Part shown: one piece after another, positions 26,260-38,867 of the stretch
Layout: each line of letters opens with the position of its first letter
Position numbering within the stretch: position 1 is the first letter of the stretch
Source of the DNA: Girardia tigrina
Lineage: Eukaryota
Assembly: GCA_001938485.1 (NCBI GenBank)
Contig: MQRK01238726.1
Coordinates: forward strand, 1 to 50,273
Direction: 5' to 3'
DNA: 50,273 nt
Made by a program: the position numbers and the translations under genes
The notes under the pieces: model-generated
What the model was told of the DNA's origin: nothing
Seen by the model: only the letters and a program-made list of their open reading frames with translations
Database searches by the model: none

Positions 26260-27540
26260 AATGTTGTTACATATCGTTCAAGCTCTGTACTCTAAAATAC
26301 TTTATTCATTGAAATTCTTGTGAGTAAAACGTTGTCAAAGAGACGTTTATCACATCGAAAAGCCAGAATATTGAACTCTTCTCGTTATTCCGGCAATTCT
26401 GACCCAACATAGTGCAGTTAGAGTTCAGAACGGTTCCAATGGATAGTGTGCCGTGGGCTCGGCAAGCGTTCGTCAAAGTAAAAATCTGTGCGAATGCACT
26501 ATTTTACCTTTAAAAACTACTGAGAACTGCTTAAACTTGTTGTAGAATTTCTTGTAGATGTTCCACAATGCCTGACTCACGTTTTATTCATGGCTACAGT
26601 CCTATTCATCAAGCATGGTGGATATGGAGAGCGGTATACACATTCAAAATATGGATGTTTTGGAATCAGTTTCAAGTGACATTTCGTCAGTGTTCATCAC
26701 TATCAAGCATTCAAATTCATGCAGAGGATTCCTCTTTGTTTGTATGTTTGTGGCTGAGAAGTAATTCTTTGCATTATTCGCTGCGACCAACACCTCCACT
26801 GCACCGCGAGTCGACCTCAATCTTATTCAGTTCCTGGAACAGTATTGAAGTTTTCAAATTTTGTATATTTCAACATCCAAAAATTAATTACATATACCTC
26901 GTACAAAACGTACATACTAGTATGTACAAAAAATAATAAACATACTGTGTTATGCTTTCTTATTTCTGATAGAGTTTATCGCAATTAAATATTAAAGTAG
27001 AAAATAAAATTAATCTGAAAACTGTCTCAATTATTTACGGTTATACCAAGAAAAATGACATTTGTAATTGTTTTCTATAGAAAATACTCACTGTTTCTGC
27101 AATGAAAGCAGCCTTGAAAATCTTCCTGAAACACCAGTGGTATCTTTCTGAGATCCTGGTGTCACTTGATCTGTTTGACCAGTCGATGAGTGATGATGAA
27201 ATTGAAATATGGTTAAGAAAATGAAGGAAGTTAACGGCGAAGAAAATCCATCCTCCAGTGTTTGAATACCAAAATTAGCAGAGAAAATGCTAACTGATTT
27301 CTACAAATCGAATTCAATGAAGCTGTTTGACATTATTTAGAAGCCAAAAGAATTCTTGAATAAAAACAAAGACTTCATGCAAGCCAGAGTTTTAGTGGTT
27401 AATGAAACGGCAGAGCGAAAAGTATCTCTTGTTCAAGAGTTTACTAAATTAAAGAGCACAAAGAGCAAGGGGCAGCTACATTTTATGTTCTAGATTATTG
27501 CGGGGATAATCAATCTAAATTCCCCACCGCTTGTAAGTGA
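26260..27540 (+). mobile_element. Decayed hATm-type transposase, interrupted at ~26880-27090
   Basis: HQAWWIWRAVYTFKIWMF (cf. HxARWMxKAIYxLK), HQWYLSEILVSLDLFD, VVNETAERKVSLVQEF. Confidence 0.7.
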
Positions 27541-27831
27541 ACACTCAGGAAGGGTTGATTGTGCCATTAACATGAATAATAACAATGAACAATCGAACAT
27601 CCTTCCGCTTATCTGATCTATTAATTTACTCACGTTACATTCAATGATTATTTCGTACCTTCTCAAATACAGATAATTAATTTAACTTGTGTTGACTGGC
27701 GTGACCTCTAGATGTGTTCCAATTCAGATCAGCTTTTGCTCATAATGTTTTCTAATGTGTTGGAACAGAAGGACTAGTTGTGATTCCAAAGTCCCGCTTT
27801 TAAATTTTATCATATTAGTTAAAAGCAAAGT

Positions 27832-27833
<2 letters not shown>

Positions 27834-27858
<25 letters not shown>
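27834..27858. repeat. (TA)n microsatellite
   Basis: TA run. Confidence 0.9.
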
Positions 27859-27862
<4 letters not shown>

Positions 27863-27949
27863 TTGTACAAAGATTACAATAAATTCAAACAGTTATAATT
27901 CGACAATGACTTCATATTATTTGTTCAGTTTTTTTTTGTTTGATTGATA

Positions 27950-28915
27950 CATATATGACTCCTATGTGGAACCTCAGAATCAGAAACAATGCGAAAAATC
28001 AATAGTTTCAACTGATACAATGCTATGAGATGGCAGACAGTCCAATATTGGTTCAGGAAATTCATGAAACGCAATTTTGACATCAATAATGAGTCTCAGG
28101 GTTGCCCAGGAACGCAGGTAAACAATCATGAACTGAAGATAACTGTAGAGTCAGTTCAATCCCAAAGTGCTCACGATTTATTATTAACGTTTGCTCTCAC
28201 AATGCAAACAATATTGGTAAAGTGAAAAAGTTGGATAAACGGATTCCACATGAGTTGAATGAAAAAGCAGAAACAAAAGCGTTTGTATCCTTGCTTGATG
28301 ATGCTTTCTCGTTATAAATGTGATCACTTTTTGAATGGAATCGACACATGTGATTAAAAATGGATCAAATATGACAATCGCAAATGTTCAGCAAGCTGGA
28401 TGGACGCAAATGAAGCACCAAAACACAGTTAAAAACACAAAATTCATTAAGAGAAGCTGACAGTGAGTGTTTGGTGATGTACCGTAGTTGTAATCCATTA
28501 TGACTTCCTGAAACCTGGTTTATCGATCACAATAGATGTCAGCATATTGGAATTTATGATTCGGAAACTCAAAATAAAAACAGTGGGGTTTGGTAAACAT
28601 GTCGACTTGAATATTTCGCCACGACAATGTAAAACCACATATTGTATTTATCAGTGTGACAAAACTACAGGGACTTGAATTGGAACTTCTCTATTATCCT
28701 CCATACTCACCAGATCTATCACTAACTTATTACCATTTCTTCCTCAATTTAAACAACTTTTTGATAGGAAAAAAAATAAAATCCGAAAATGCCGATAAAA
28801 TAACCTTCGAGAAATTGATACATTCTCGCCCACTAAATTATTATTCAAACGGCCTCAACAAACTACCACTTGGCTGGCAAAATTGTGTCGATAATACGGG
28901 TGCATATGTTCATAC
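27950..28915 (+). mobile_element. Decayed mariner transposase
   Basis: TVQYWFRKF, KKLDKRIPHEL, YPPYSPDLS..YHFF, WQNCVDNTGAY; many stops. Confidence 0.85.
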
Positions 28916-29003
28916 AAATTTCAAAAGTGATATATGTATATATAAAATAGAGAAAATAAACAAATTACAATTACAAAAGTAAAAATTTATTAAAAACTCA
29001 TAC

Positions 29004-29099
29004 TTAACTCTCTTTGCAATTTGTCTTCCCCTTGTACTTGTTCTTCATTTTCGTTGTCATCAATATCAGTGTTAGACTGGCTTTCCAAATCATCAAAAT
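29004..29099 (-). CDS. EFCAB5: EFCAB5-like small acidic exon (96 nt, phase 1/1): DFDDLESQSNTDIDDNENEEQ...
   Basis: ttaacag acceptor, gtatga donor; phases match both neighbours. Confidence 0.75.
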   Translation of the reverse strand: MLMIWKASLTLILMTTKMKNKYKGKTNCKES

Positions 29100-29315
29100 C
29101 TGTTAAAATAGATTGAAAGAAATTAAAAACAAATTTTTTATCCTTTTTCTAAGAGCCCATCAAATTAATATGAAATAGTTATTTGTTATCAGGATAAAAT
29201 AAAAAAATGTTTTTAGATATAAAGCTTTTCATAATTTACACGAATTGTTTTATTATTAAACAGAATATGTCAATAACATTTGTGGAGGCGTTTTTGTATA
29301 TCTTAAAGATTATAC

Positions 29316-31037
29316 ACCAAAACAGCGCTTTTCAAAAATAGACAAAATTTGAAAACTATAAACGCTAAATTACTATCGGCATTTTTTACTACACTATGTG
29401 GCAGTTACTATAAATCTCAAAAGTTTTGAAATGTATTAATTTTTTACTTATTAATTAACAGAAATTAATTACCTCAATTGTTCTAAATAATTAAATCAGT
29501 GAATTTGGAATTAAATTAATTATAAATTGTCTAATTAAGTAAATTATTAATTTAATTATGTAAAACTATTAAATATTGTAGAAATTGTTAAAACATTTTT
29601 TTTTAATTTTAAGTAAAACTTTTTAATCAGTAATATTTAAAAAAATAGAAAGAAATTTATAGTTTTTTTATTTTACATTTTTTTGTAAAATTAATTATAA
29701 ATTTTTAATAAAAAAATATATTAAAATAATTAGAAATATGGAAAAAACTATTCAAAAATTTTGCAAAAAGGCAAATAAAAAAATCTGTTTTCACTTTGTC
29801 TCTTTGTCGAGTAGGAAATGATAACCAATACTGTAAATCTTATAAAAGAAATAAAATAAATAATAATAAAAAAATATAAATATTTCAACTAATTAATTTA
29901 ACGATTTAAAATTCAATTGACTGAAATAGCTTTACTAATTTAAATTGATCAATTAAATTAATTTTTGAAAAATATTAAATATTAAAGAAAATATTTAAAT
30001 ATTTTAAATTATATAATTCATGTATAATTTAAGTTATTATAAACTTTAACAATTTAAGTTAAATAAATAATTTATTTATAAATTAATAAATTAATTATTT
30101 ATTTTAAATAATTAAATTTATAACTTACACATATTTTTATTTATCCATTTTTTGCAAATTTTTAAAATAATTTTTCCAAATTTTTAATTATTTTAATGTA
30201 TTTTTATTAAAAATTTATAAAAAATTTTACTAAAAAATGAAATTATAAAACTATAAATATCTTTCTATTTTTTAAATTTTACTGATTAAAAAGTTTTAGT
30301 TAACCCTTTGTAACTCAATAGAACTCAATAGAATTTCGTAACTCAATAGAGAGAACTGTCAAATTCATCATCCTACCACCAACGCCACCTGTAGGTACTA
30401 ATAAATCACCGATGTTGTATAGATCGGTGTGTAACAAATTTGCAACAGTGATTTAAAATGTGATATGTTAATAGTTAGAGATCCTGTAAGAGTTACAACG
30501 GTTTGTAACAGAAGTGTCACACCATGTTACGAAGGGTTAAAATTACAATTTTTTTTTGACAATTTCTAAAATTTGAGTTTGAAGCTTCACACTCAACTTC
30601 TCTGTTAAACATTTTGAAATAGAGCCTTTTTTACATAATTGATTACATAATTTCTAAAATATTTACTTATTTATTTACTTACTACAATATTTATTTATTT
30701 ATTTATTTAGTTTTACATAATTAAATAATTAATTTACTTAATTGGACAATTTATAATTAATTTAATTAATAATCCATAAACCACTTAAAGAATAATTCGT
30801 AATTCACTTAAGTTTTTTTTTGTCAAAATTGATTTTCTATTTTAAATTAACTTAAAGATTTAATAGCGGTTATTAATTGATAATTAATTTCTGTTAATTA
30901 ATAAGTAAAAAAATTAACATATTTCAAAATTTTTGAGATTTATAGTAACTGCCACATAGTGTAGTAAAAAATGCTGATAGTAATTTAGCGTTTATAGTTT
31001 TCAAATTTTGTCTATTTTTGAAAATCGCTATTTTGGT
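29316..31037. mobile_element. Foldback-like non-coding element with long (~450 bp, modular) inverted arms
   Basis: 29316-29471 is the reverse complement of ~30881-31037; 29510-29570 pairs with 30708-30770; 29615-29790 pairs with 30128-30298. Confidence 0.85.
30304..30536. mobile_element. piggyBac-type MITE (233 bp) nested in the foldback right arm
   Basis: TTAA|ccctttgtaac ... gttacgaaggg|TTAA; internal aactcaataga repeats. Confidence 0.85.
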
Positions 31038-31167
31038 AATTGATATTTTGGGGATATAGCTTCTTAAAACTTTAAAGTAAATTGTTAAGATAACTCACAC
31101 ATTTATTATTACATTTATCACAATTACAATTTGGATCATCTTTATGACAATCCGTAGTAGTGTATTT

Positions 31168-31233
31168 ACGTGAATATTAGTATAAACGATTGATGAATAT
31201 AAATTCATCAATCGTTTATACTAATATTCACGT
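31168..31233. repeat. Perfect 31-bp inverted repeat with 4-nt spacer
   Basis: acgtgaatattagtataaacgattgatgaat-ataa-attcatcaatcgtttatactaatattcacgt. Confidence 0.95.
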
Positions 31234-31327
31234 TTAATAATTTTCATCCCAAAATCTGAACTAGCTTGAAATTATATATTCGTTTAAAAATATTTTCTAC
31301 AAATGTTATTGGCTAAAATTATAACTA

Positions 31328-32499
31328 TTAGGTTGAGGAATAAGTTTCCGTCGTTTTTTGAATGTTTAATCAATTTTTAATCAATTTAATATTTAAATCA
31401 ATTTTTTTATGTAATGTTATATGTTATTTGAAAGCTATTGTTTTGCTCTAAGAAATGGTGTACTTTGTTTTTTTTATTCAGATTAATTTTTATCGATTTT
31501 TAGACCATTGAAATGGAGTGTCAAGTCGACAAAAATGAGCATTTCCGACACAATCAATTGTTTGCATATAATCGAGGCGCCAAAGCCGTAGATGCTGCCC
31601 GAGAGCTTTGTGCTGTATACGGAGAAGGTGCTATAGCTGATAGAGTCGCTCGTGATTGGTTCGCAAAATTTAAAATTGGCAATTTTGATCTCAAGGATGC
31701 ACCTCGTTCAGGACGACTAAATGAATTCGATGAAGAGCGTTTGAACAAACTTTTGCATAAAGACGCGCGTCAGACCACTCGAGAATTGGCGGAACAAATG
31801 GATTGTGATCAAAAAACTTTTCCCTGAAATCAATGGGAAAAGTTCAAAAAATGGGAGCTTGGGTCCCACATCTTTTGACCGAAAACAACAAAACCAGCGA
31901 TCTACGATTTCGGCGACTTTGTTTGCCCGTCATCACTCTACTCACGGTCATAAGTAACAATTTCTTTATCGAATTGTGACGAGTGATGAAAAATGGTGCC
32001 TGTACGTCAACATGAAACAGCGCAAAGAATGGCGTAGCCGAGAAGAACAATCGACACCGCGAGCAAAACAGGATCTTCCTCCACGAAAGACAATGCTATG
32101 CGTTTGGTGGGTTTGGGAATGGATTATTCATTATGAATTGCTTCCTCGAAACCAAACAGTGAACGCAGAACTTTATGTTCAACAGCTACATAGACTCAAC
32201 GCCGCTATAAGACAAAAACATCCGGATCGACAACATGGCNNNNNNNNNNNNNNNNNNNNNNNNNNNNNNNNNNNNNNNNNNNNNNNNNNNNNNNNNNNNN
32301 NNNNNNNNNNNNNNNNNNNNNNNNNNNNNNNNNNNNNNNNNNNNNNNNNNNNNNNNNNNNNNNNNNNNNNNNNNNNNNNNNNNNAGAAGTCGTGAACAAT
32401 GGCGGAGATTATATTTGTGATTAATTTATAGTAACTTTTTTGTTAAAAAATAAAATTTTAATTTTTCAAAAAACGGTGGGAACTTATTCCTCAACCCAA
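31328..32499 (+). mobile_element. Mariner related to 4350-5687, both TIRs present, frameshifted, includes N-gap
   Basis: TA|ttaggttgaggaataagtttccgtcgtt ... aacggtgggaacttattcctcaacccaa|TA; MECQVDK, TSDEKWCLYVNMKQRKEW. Confidence 0.93.
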
Positions 32500-33984
32500 T
32501 ACTATTTATCATTAAAAATATTAAGTTGATTTAATAATTTACAAAGTTAAAATTAAATTAATAAAATCATTTAAAATTTGCATCTATAATGAATTCAAAA
32601 TAAATTTGAATAAATTAGTTTCAGATAATAAGAATTAAACTATTAATCATCCATCTGATTAGAAGAGACACAATCCCAAATAAACACACAAAATTCAAAA
32701 TATTCCTCACATAAATGTTTGAATGTTTTGTAAAAGTTATTTATTCAGAGAAAGTTGTGAAAAGAATATTAGTTTAAATGAGAAATAATGGAAATAACAA
32801 CAACGATGAAAATGAAGGTTTTACGTATTCGTTAGATACCCTTTTAAAATATTAAATATTTGGCACAATTTAAAAGATTTTTCACGAGGCAAACTAAGAT
32901 GACAAATTTTCAACTAACGTTGAGAATTGATCGAAAATTCTTTATGATAACTTTCAAAGGTTAAGTAAGACAGGAATATGAACGTGATTATGTTGGACAA
33001 ATCATTCATTAGCTGCTTTCTAAAAATAAAAAAAAGCAATCTTTTCAACAATAGTTTAATGGATTTGTTTGGTTTTGAAGAAAATCGAAAATAAAAAATA
33101 GCATCGCATTCTTTTTTAAAGTGATACATAAAAAAGTTGAAGACAGAAAAGAAAATAATTAAACGTGGAAAGATTCCATCAACATCGTGTTGGGGTTCCG
33201 AAAAATATAAATTAAATTTTAAAATCTAATAAAAAATTAAAAATAATACTCTGGTTAAAATTAATAATTTTTTGATTATTATAATAGTTGTTTTAATAAA
33301 ATTTATAGAATATTTGTAAATATTTTGAGATTTGTTTTAGTTATTCAATTTTCAAGGTTAGAAAAGACTAGTATATAAGCAAAAGTCATTTCAGTTACAG
33401 TTCAACATTTTTACCACTCAAAAAGAAGAATTAAACTAAATTAGAATTATATGTGCGGTAAACTTGATTTGTTAATTTTTGTAATATCATTTTTTACTAA
33501 AGAAATAATAAGAGAAATTTAGTATTCTGTAAAGGAGAAGTTAAGTTTTAAATAAATTATTCTAGCATCGCTCGAACTAAGAAGTTGTTGTAACTGTTTG
33601 ATCGAAGTGTGATCTTTGAATTTAAGCGTACTGATAGAGTTGAATTTATATTTGTACTTCAATTGTTGTTAGTAGAATAAATTATTATTAAAAGGATTTG
33701 TTCATTCTTCATATAGTATTGTTGGAGGAAACCTTTTGGTCATTTGAGAGTCAGATAAAAAATAAATTTAAAACTAAATTTAGTTACAATACCCAACAAT
33801 CGGAATTGACACTGCAAATTACCGTGTTTCTCCAAATGTAAGACATCTCTTCGTATAAGACAAAATATAAAGACTCTTTTGGGAATATTAATATAAGATA
33901 TCCCTTAATATACGATCTATTATTTTTTTTAACAATTTTTATTTGATAACTTCAAAAATAAAAAGAAAATTATGTATGTGAGGA

Positions 33985-34260
33985 ATTCTCCTACAGACAA
34001 TCACCTTTTCAAAAATTTCAGCCTGTTCCTTTGCAAAAAATGCTTCAGAAACCAAGGAGATGCTGAAAGAGCCTGGGACGGCTTCATCAACTCCAGAACT
34101 CCAGAATTTTATGAAACTGGAATAAAAAAACTTGTTACCCGTTGGCAACAGTGTCTTCAATGTAATGTTTTCATTTTGACTAATCAAGTTAATTCTAAAG
34201 AAAGTTATGTTTATTTAAAGTTGACTGTTAAAAAATGACATTTCTTTTGCATCAACATAA
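33985..34260 (+). mobile_element. Mariner (cecropia-like) 3' end with right TIR
   Basis: SPTDNHLFK...GIKKLVTRWQQC; ends atgacatttcttttgcatcaacataa|TA. Confidence 0.8.
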
Positions 34261-34443
34261 TAATCTTTAAAGATAAATATTATTATTCTAACTTTTTTTA
34301 TTCTAATTTTCTAAAAATTCAATTGGAAATTAAGGGTCAGTTTAAATTTAAACCAATATGATTTCGAAATTAATTTCACAAACAAAATATATATGAAAAA
34401 CTTCAGATAAGTTTAAACCCACAAAAAAATTTTTTAAACTCAC

Positions 34444-35124
34444 CACGTAACGTTTCATTGAGATCTTCAACAATGGTAACATGTCGCTCGGGTTTACTGA
34501 TCACTTCTGTATCTCCATCTACCGGAACTTTATCCTTTTTCTCAGATTCTAATGTATCATCGGATTCATGAATTGACTTGATCGTTTCATCCAGTTCTTC
34601 TTCAATAACTTCATTTTCTTCCTCCTCAATTTCTTCCTTATCAACGATTGTAATTGATTTTTCTGATTTCTTTTCTTCTTCTTGGAGATCTTCTATGACA
34701 TTAGAATCTTCAATATGTTCCCCAGAAACGTGTTCAAATTTCTCGTCATTATTATCATTAAGATTTGTTTCAGCATTTTCCTTCAAATTTTCATCAATTA
34801 TTTCTCCGACAAGTTCATCAACAGCTTCTTCAGATTTACTTTTAATAAAATCTTCCTTAAGCTTTTCATGATCAGTTTCTTCAATATCTTTAGCAGTCCT
34901 TTCCTCAACGAATTCTTCGAATGTTTTGTCAGATTTTTCTTGAAAATCTTCAAGATTACTTTCCTCTACTTTATCATCAATATTTGTCTTGCTGATATCT
35001 TCTAAATATCCTGTGTCATCACCAGTAACTCCGTCAATGCCGTACATTGCGAAATCATTGTTGATGTTTAAATTGGAATTTTGAATGTCTTGATTCATAT
35101 TTAATGGTTTTTCCGTGATCGGCC
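34444..35124 (-). CDS. EFCAB5: EFCAB5-like large acidic low-complexity exon (681 nt, phase 1/1)
   Basis: Contains the D/E-rich ORF 34403..35098; atttag|GGCCG acceptor, CGTG|gtgagt donor. Confidence 0.85.
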
Positions 35125-35169
35125 CTAAATATTTATTTTTACTGAAGTAGCGTTTACATCAAAACTAAC

Positions 35170-35269
35170 ATTGTTTAGGATCTCGAAGCATTGCTTTTAT
35201 ATTATCTGGAGTTTTTTGATAAAATTCATCAAAGAGCATCAGTATTCTCTGTCTATCAAGAAGACCCAT
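35170..35269 (-). CDS. EFCAB5: EFCAB5-like exon (100 nt): MGLLDRQRILMLFDEFY...LRDPKQ(W)
   Basis: GT-AG bounded. Resembles the recalled EFCAB5 motif GFLDRQRTL...LRNPRQWP; the W codon is split T|GG across a 45-nt intron. Confidence 0.9.
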
Positions 35270-35316
35270 CTGAAAGAATTCCAAATTTAGACAAAACTAA
35301 ACTCGTGAAGTAAAAC

Positions 35317-35472
35317 CTCTTCTAAATCACAGGTTACAAAAAGATTAGATAGCAATTTCCGACGAGTTTCTTTTTCCATTGAAAATCTGTACAGCTTCGC
35401 ACATTTTGAAAGATGATCGGCAAAGTGATCGAAGATGTCCAAGGGCATGTTATCAGCGTAATGAGAAATTAA
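35317..35472 (-). CDS. EFCAB5: EFCAB5-like exon (156 nt): LISHYADNMP...RRKLLSNLFVTCDLEE
   Basis: ttttcag acceptor, gtttta donor, open 52 codons, followed by a 47-nt intron. Confidence 0.85.
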
Positions 35473-36654
35473 CTGAAAATAATGAACTCTTAAAAAAAAT
35501 TAGATAACTTTTATAATAACTAATTTTATACTGATGATTTAAAAGTTAAAAAGAATTTAAGGAAGATTAAATCTAGGTAAGAAATTAAATATTTAAAATT
35601 TCTGTAAATTATATAACTTTGAAAAATTTATGAACTCCTGTGACGGTTCGGCATAAGATATGTAAAAAGGGATTATTGACGGATTATCAAAAAATAACAC
35701 GCCAATCAAAAGCGAATTGCGCAAAGTTTGAGCGAATTTGATCTGCGACTACTGTTTTGTAAAAAAATAAATCTCTACAAAGTGAACGAATGGATTTTTT
35801 AATGGCTACACAAATTTTTTTTATTACTTTTTTTAATTAAAAAAGAAAAAAATAATAATAACAAGAAAAAACGTCTAAAAATCAATATTCAAAATTTTAA
35901 TTATTTATTCAAAAAGAAAAAAAAGAAAAAGACAAAAAAAGAAGAAAACTTAAAAGAAACAGAANNNNNNNNNNNNNNNNNNNNNNNNNNNNNNNNNNNN
36001 NNNNNNNNNNNNNNNNNNNNNNNNNNNNNNNNNNNNNNNNNNNNNNNNNNNNNNNNNNNNNNNNNNNNNNNNNNNNNNNNNNNNNNNNNNNNNNNNNNNN
36101 NNNNNNNNNNNNNNNNNNNNNNNNNNNNNNNNNNNNNNNNNNNNNNNNNNNNNNNNNNNNNNNNNNNNNNNNNNNNNNNNNNNNNNNNNNNNNNNNNNNN
36201 NNNNNNNNNNNNNNNNNNNNNNNNNNNNNNNNNNNNNNNNNNNNNNNNNNNNNNNNNNNNNNNNNNNNNNNNNNNNNNNNNNNNNNNNNNNNNNNNNNNN
36301 NNNNNNNNNNNNNNNNNNNNNNNNNNNNNNNNNNNNNNNNNNNNNNNNNNNNNNNNNNNNNNNNNNNTTTTTATTAATGAATTTTTGAAATCTTTTGCTC
36401 CCTCAGAAAATGGTATCTTTAAGGTGATGTTTAACACATTCTCAGTGTTATTTGGAACTTCGATTATGTTGTGACTTTTATTATTTTTATTTATTATTTT
36501 TATTATTTTATATGACCAATTAACTTATCGAGATTTTGGTCGGAGATTTTGTACAATGTACCTTAACACATACTATTATATATTAAATCCCAATATAATA
36601 TCTATTTATATAGCTATCTATATCTTTTTACATAACTATTTATATAATTATATA

Positions 36655-37951
36655 GCATACTGGCCAAAAGTTTGGAAATATCTATCTTTTTTGAAAAACA
36701 TGAATTGTTATTGTTAAACACACAGACAAATCACACGGAAATCCAATAAGACATGAAAAGTATGGATGAGAACATGAAATGTGAGTCAGTACTTAGTCGT
36801 ACCACCCTTAGTCTTCTGTACTGCAGAGATTCGCCTTGGCATGGTGCTGACGAGGTTGCTGCAATATTCATCTGAGATTGAAGATGTCCATGCAAGCTGA
36901 ATCTTCTCACGCAAATCGGCTTCTGATATTGGCTTCAGACCAGCAATTTAATTCTTGGGATCATCTCAACAGTTTTATATGATATTGAGATCTAGAGTTG
37001 ATGCAGCCGAATGCCATGGTCAGAGAGCAGCGACTGATCGTCCTCACCGTATGGCATGGAGCGCCATCTTGCTGGAAATAGTGACACTGGCCAGCCTGTA
37101 ACTGAGCATGGAGATGCTGATGAAAGATGGACAGGTAGACAATTTGGTTGATAGTAGCACCCTTTGGCATCAACCGAATAGCGCCTGGGCCAAAGGCAGT
37201 GATGCAGCCACACACCATGAGCAATGGTGCGTATTTGATCTTGGGAATGAAAGACGTCTGACAAATGGAGCGTTTGAGTCGAATTGGCTGATGGAAATCT
37301 CATCAGAGAATAATAATTTGCCCCAATCTATGATGGTTCAGTGCTGGTACTTACGGCAGAAGAGAAGTCAGTCCCAAATGTTCCTGAGTGACAACAGTAG
37401 CTTCTGGGCTGGTCGATAGGCATGCAAGTGAAATTCATCGCAGAGGCGGTGTCTGATAGTTTGATCACTTATATTAACGCTTGTTGGTAGCTGAGATTGA
37501 TTGAGACTGCTGGAGGCAGTTGGATGCAAAGTGGAATATCTCCGAATCGCAGCATCATCATGAGCAGTTGTTGTACTTGGCCTTCAAGAGCCCTTCATTT
37601 ACTTAAAATTAGGCGTTGATGCACATCTTGTCAGTGTTTTTGACACACAGGAGAATGCCACTTCCATGCGTGAAGCGAAGGCTCTAACGGACAGTCCTTC
37701 CTCATGAAGAGCAACAATTTGGGCTCTTTTTACAGTGGTAAGTTCACTTGTTCTGTCCATTATAATGATGAGAAAATGAATATGCCCAACTTCTGTAACA
37801 ACACAGGTATTTGATAGGTGACAAATATTTAACTAATCACAACCAAGCTTTACCATATGCAACTCCTGTCTTGGTCTTCACAAATTGAATTTATTGAAAC
37901 ACCTATATTTCTCGGAAATACAAGGTGTTTCCAAACTTTTGGCCAGCAAAG
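36655..37951 (-). mobile_element. Tc1-like element, decayed transposase starting at ATG 37760
   Basis: TIR core ctggccaaaagtttggaaa at both ends with TA flanks; MDRTSELT..KRAQIVALHEEG, FSDE, FQQDGAPCH. Confidence 0.9.
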
Positions 37952-38072
37952 TATCAAGTGTAATAAATAAAAAGATAAATCAATATAAATATTACTGATA
38001 AATTTAAAAAACAATGGCAAAATTTTTAAAAAAATTAGAAGACACCATTTCAAAATACAATATTTTATTAGA

Positions 38073-38112
38073 GCAATATATTTTGACGGAATATCCGTCA
38101 TCATCAGGCGAT
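38073..38112 (-). ncRNA. Degenerate minimal hammerhead ribozyme motif (Penelope pseudo-LTR type)
   Basis: Minus strand: gc-CTGATGA-t-GACGGA-tat-TCCGTC-AAAA-TATA-TT-gc, followed by AATAAA; the G of GAAA is replaced by A. Confidence 0.6.
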
Positions 38113-38141
38113 TCTGATTGTTGATGTTAAGCTTATATATG

Positions 38142-38867
38142 TAGGACTACTATGTGATTTAGATAAAAAACCGGGACATTTTTGAAAAATGTATTTTGAA
38201 AAAATAAACCGGGACGTTTCAGTTTTTACAAGTTCAAGAATTTTTGTTCGTTCCAAAAATTTTTCTTCACTTCTACAAGATCAAACAAATTATATTCGTC
38301 GAATAGAGCATCCTGGTTTATTTTATTTGGAGTTTTTTTCCATTTCGTGAACTGATAAAATGATATGATTTTTCAATGTCAGTCTTAGCTTTCCCTTCAT
38401 CTCTTTTAATGTTTTGAAAAAGCCAAATTCATTTGAATATTTATCCCTACATGATGTTTTTCTCTTTTTGCAGACATTGTATTTTTAAAACAAAGTTAAT
38501 TATATTAATCATTATTTTCTGTTAAATAGTTAAAGGAATATTAAACTTACATAATTATCCCGTGTTTGGTGTAAAAATTACATCTGTGAATATATTTTTC
38601 CACGATTTTTTGACTAAAAATTCTTTTTGTAAAAAATTTTAAATAAATATTTTCAATATTAAGCATTTTTTATACTTTAAAAAGAGTATTTATAAATTCA
38701 AAATTGAATTAAAAATTCGAAATAAAATGCAAAATGACTATTTTTTAAATTTGAATTGTAAGTTTAAATATTGAAACAAAATTCCGGGACAAATTGATCG
38801 CCTATCGGGACCCGGGGCGACTTGAAAAAATCCGGGACTGTCACTGGCAAATTCCTAGTAGATGGTA
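38142..38867. mobile_element. Probable non-autonomous hAT with ccgggac subterminal repeats, right end disrupted
   Basis: (c)cgggac at 38171, 38209, 38784, 38806, 38832, clustered at both ends; candidate 8-bp TSD tatatatg at 38134-38141 and 40159-40166. Confidence 0.55.

Noticed and set aside
34578-35005. + strand Ser/Phe-rich ORFs
   Set aside because: Antisense shadows of the acidic exon.
34403-35098. Stand-alone 231-aa acidic gene
   Set aside because: It has splice sites in phase with flanking EFCAB5 exons and is an internal exon.
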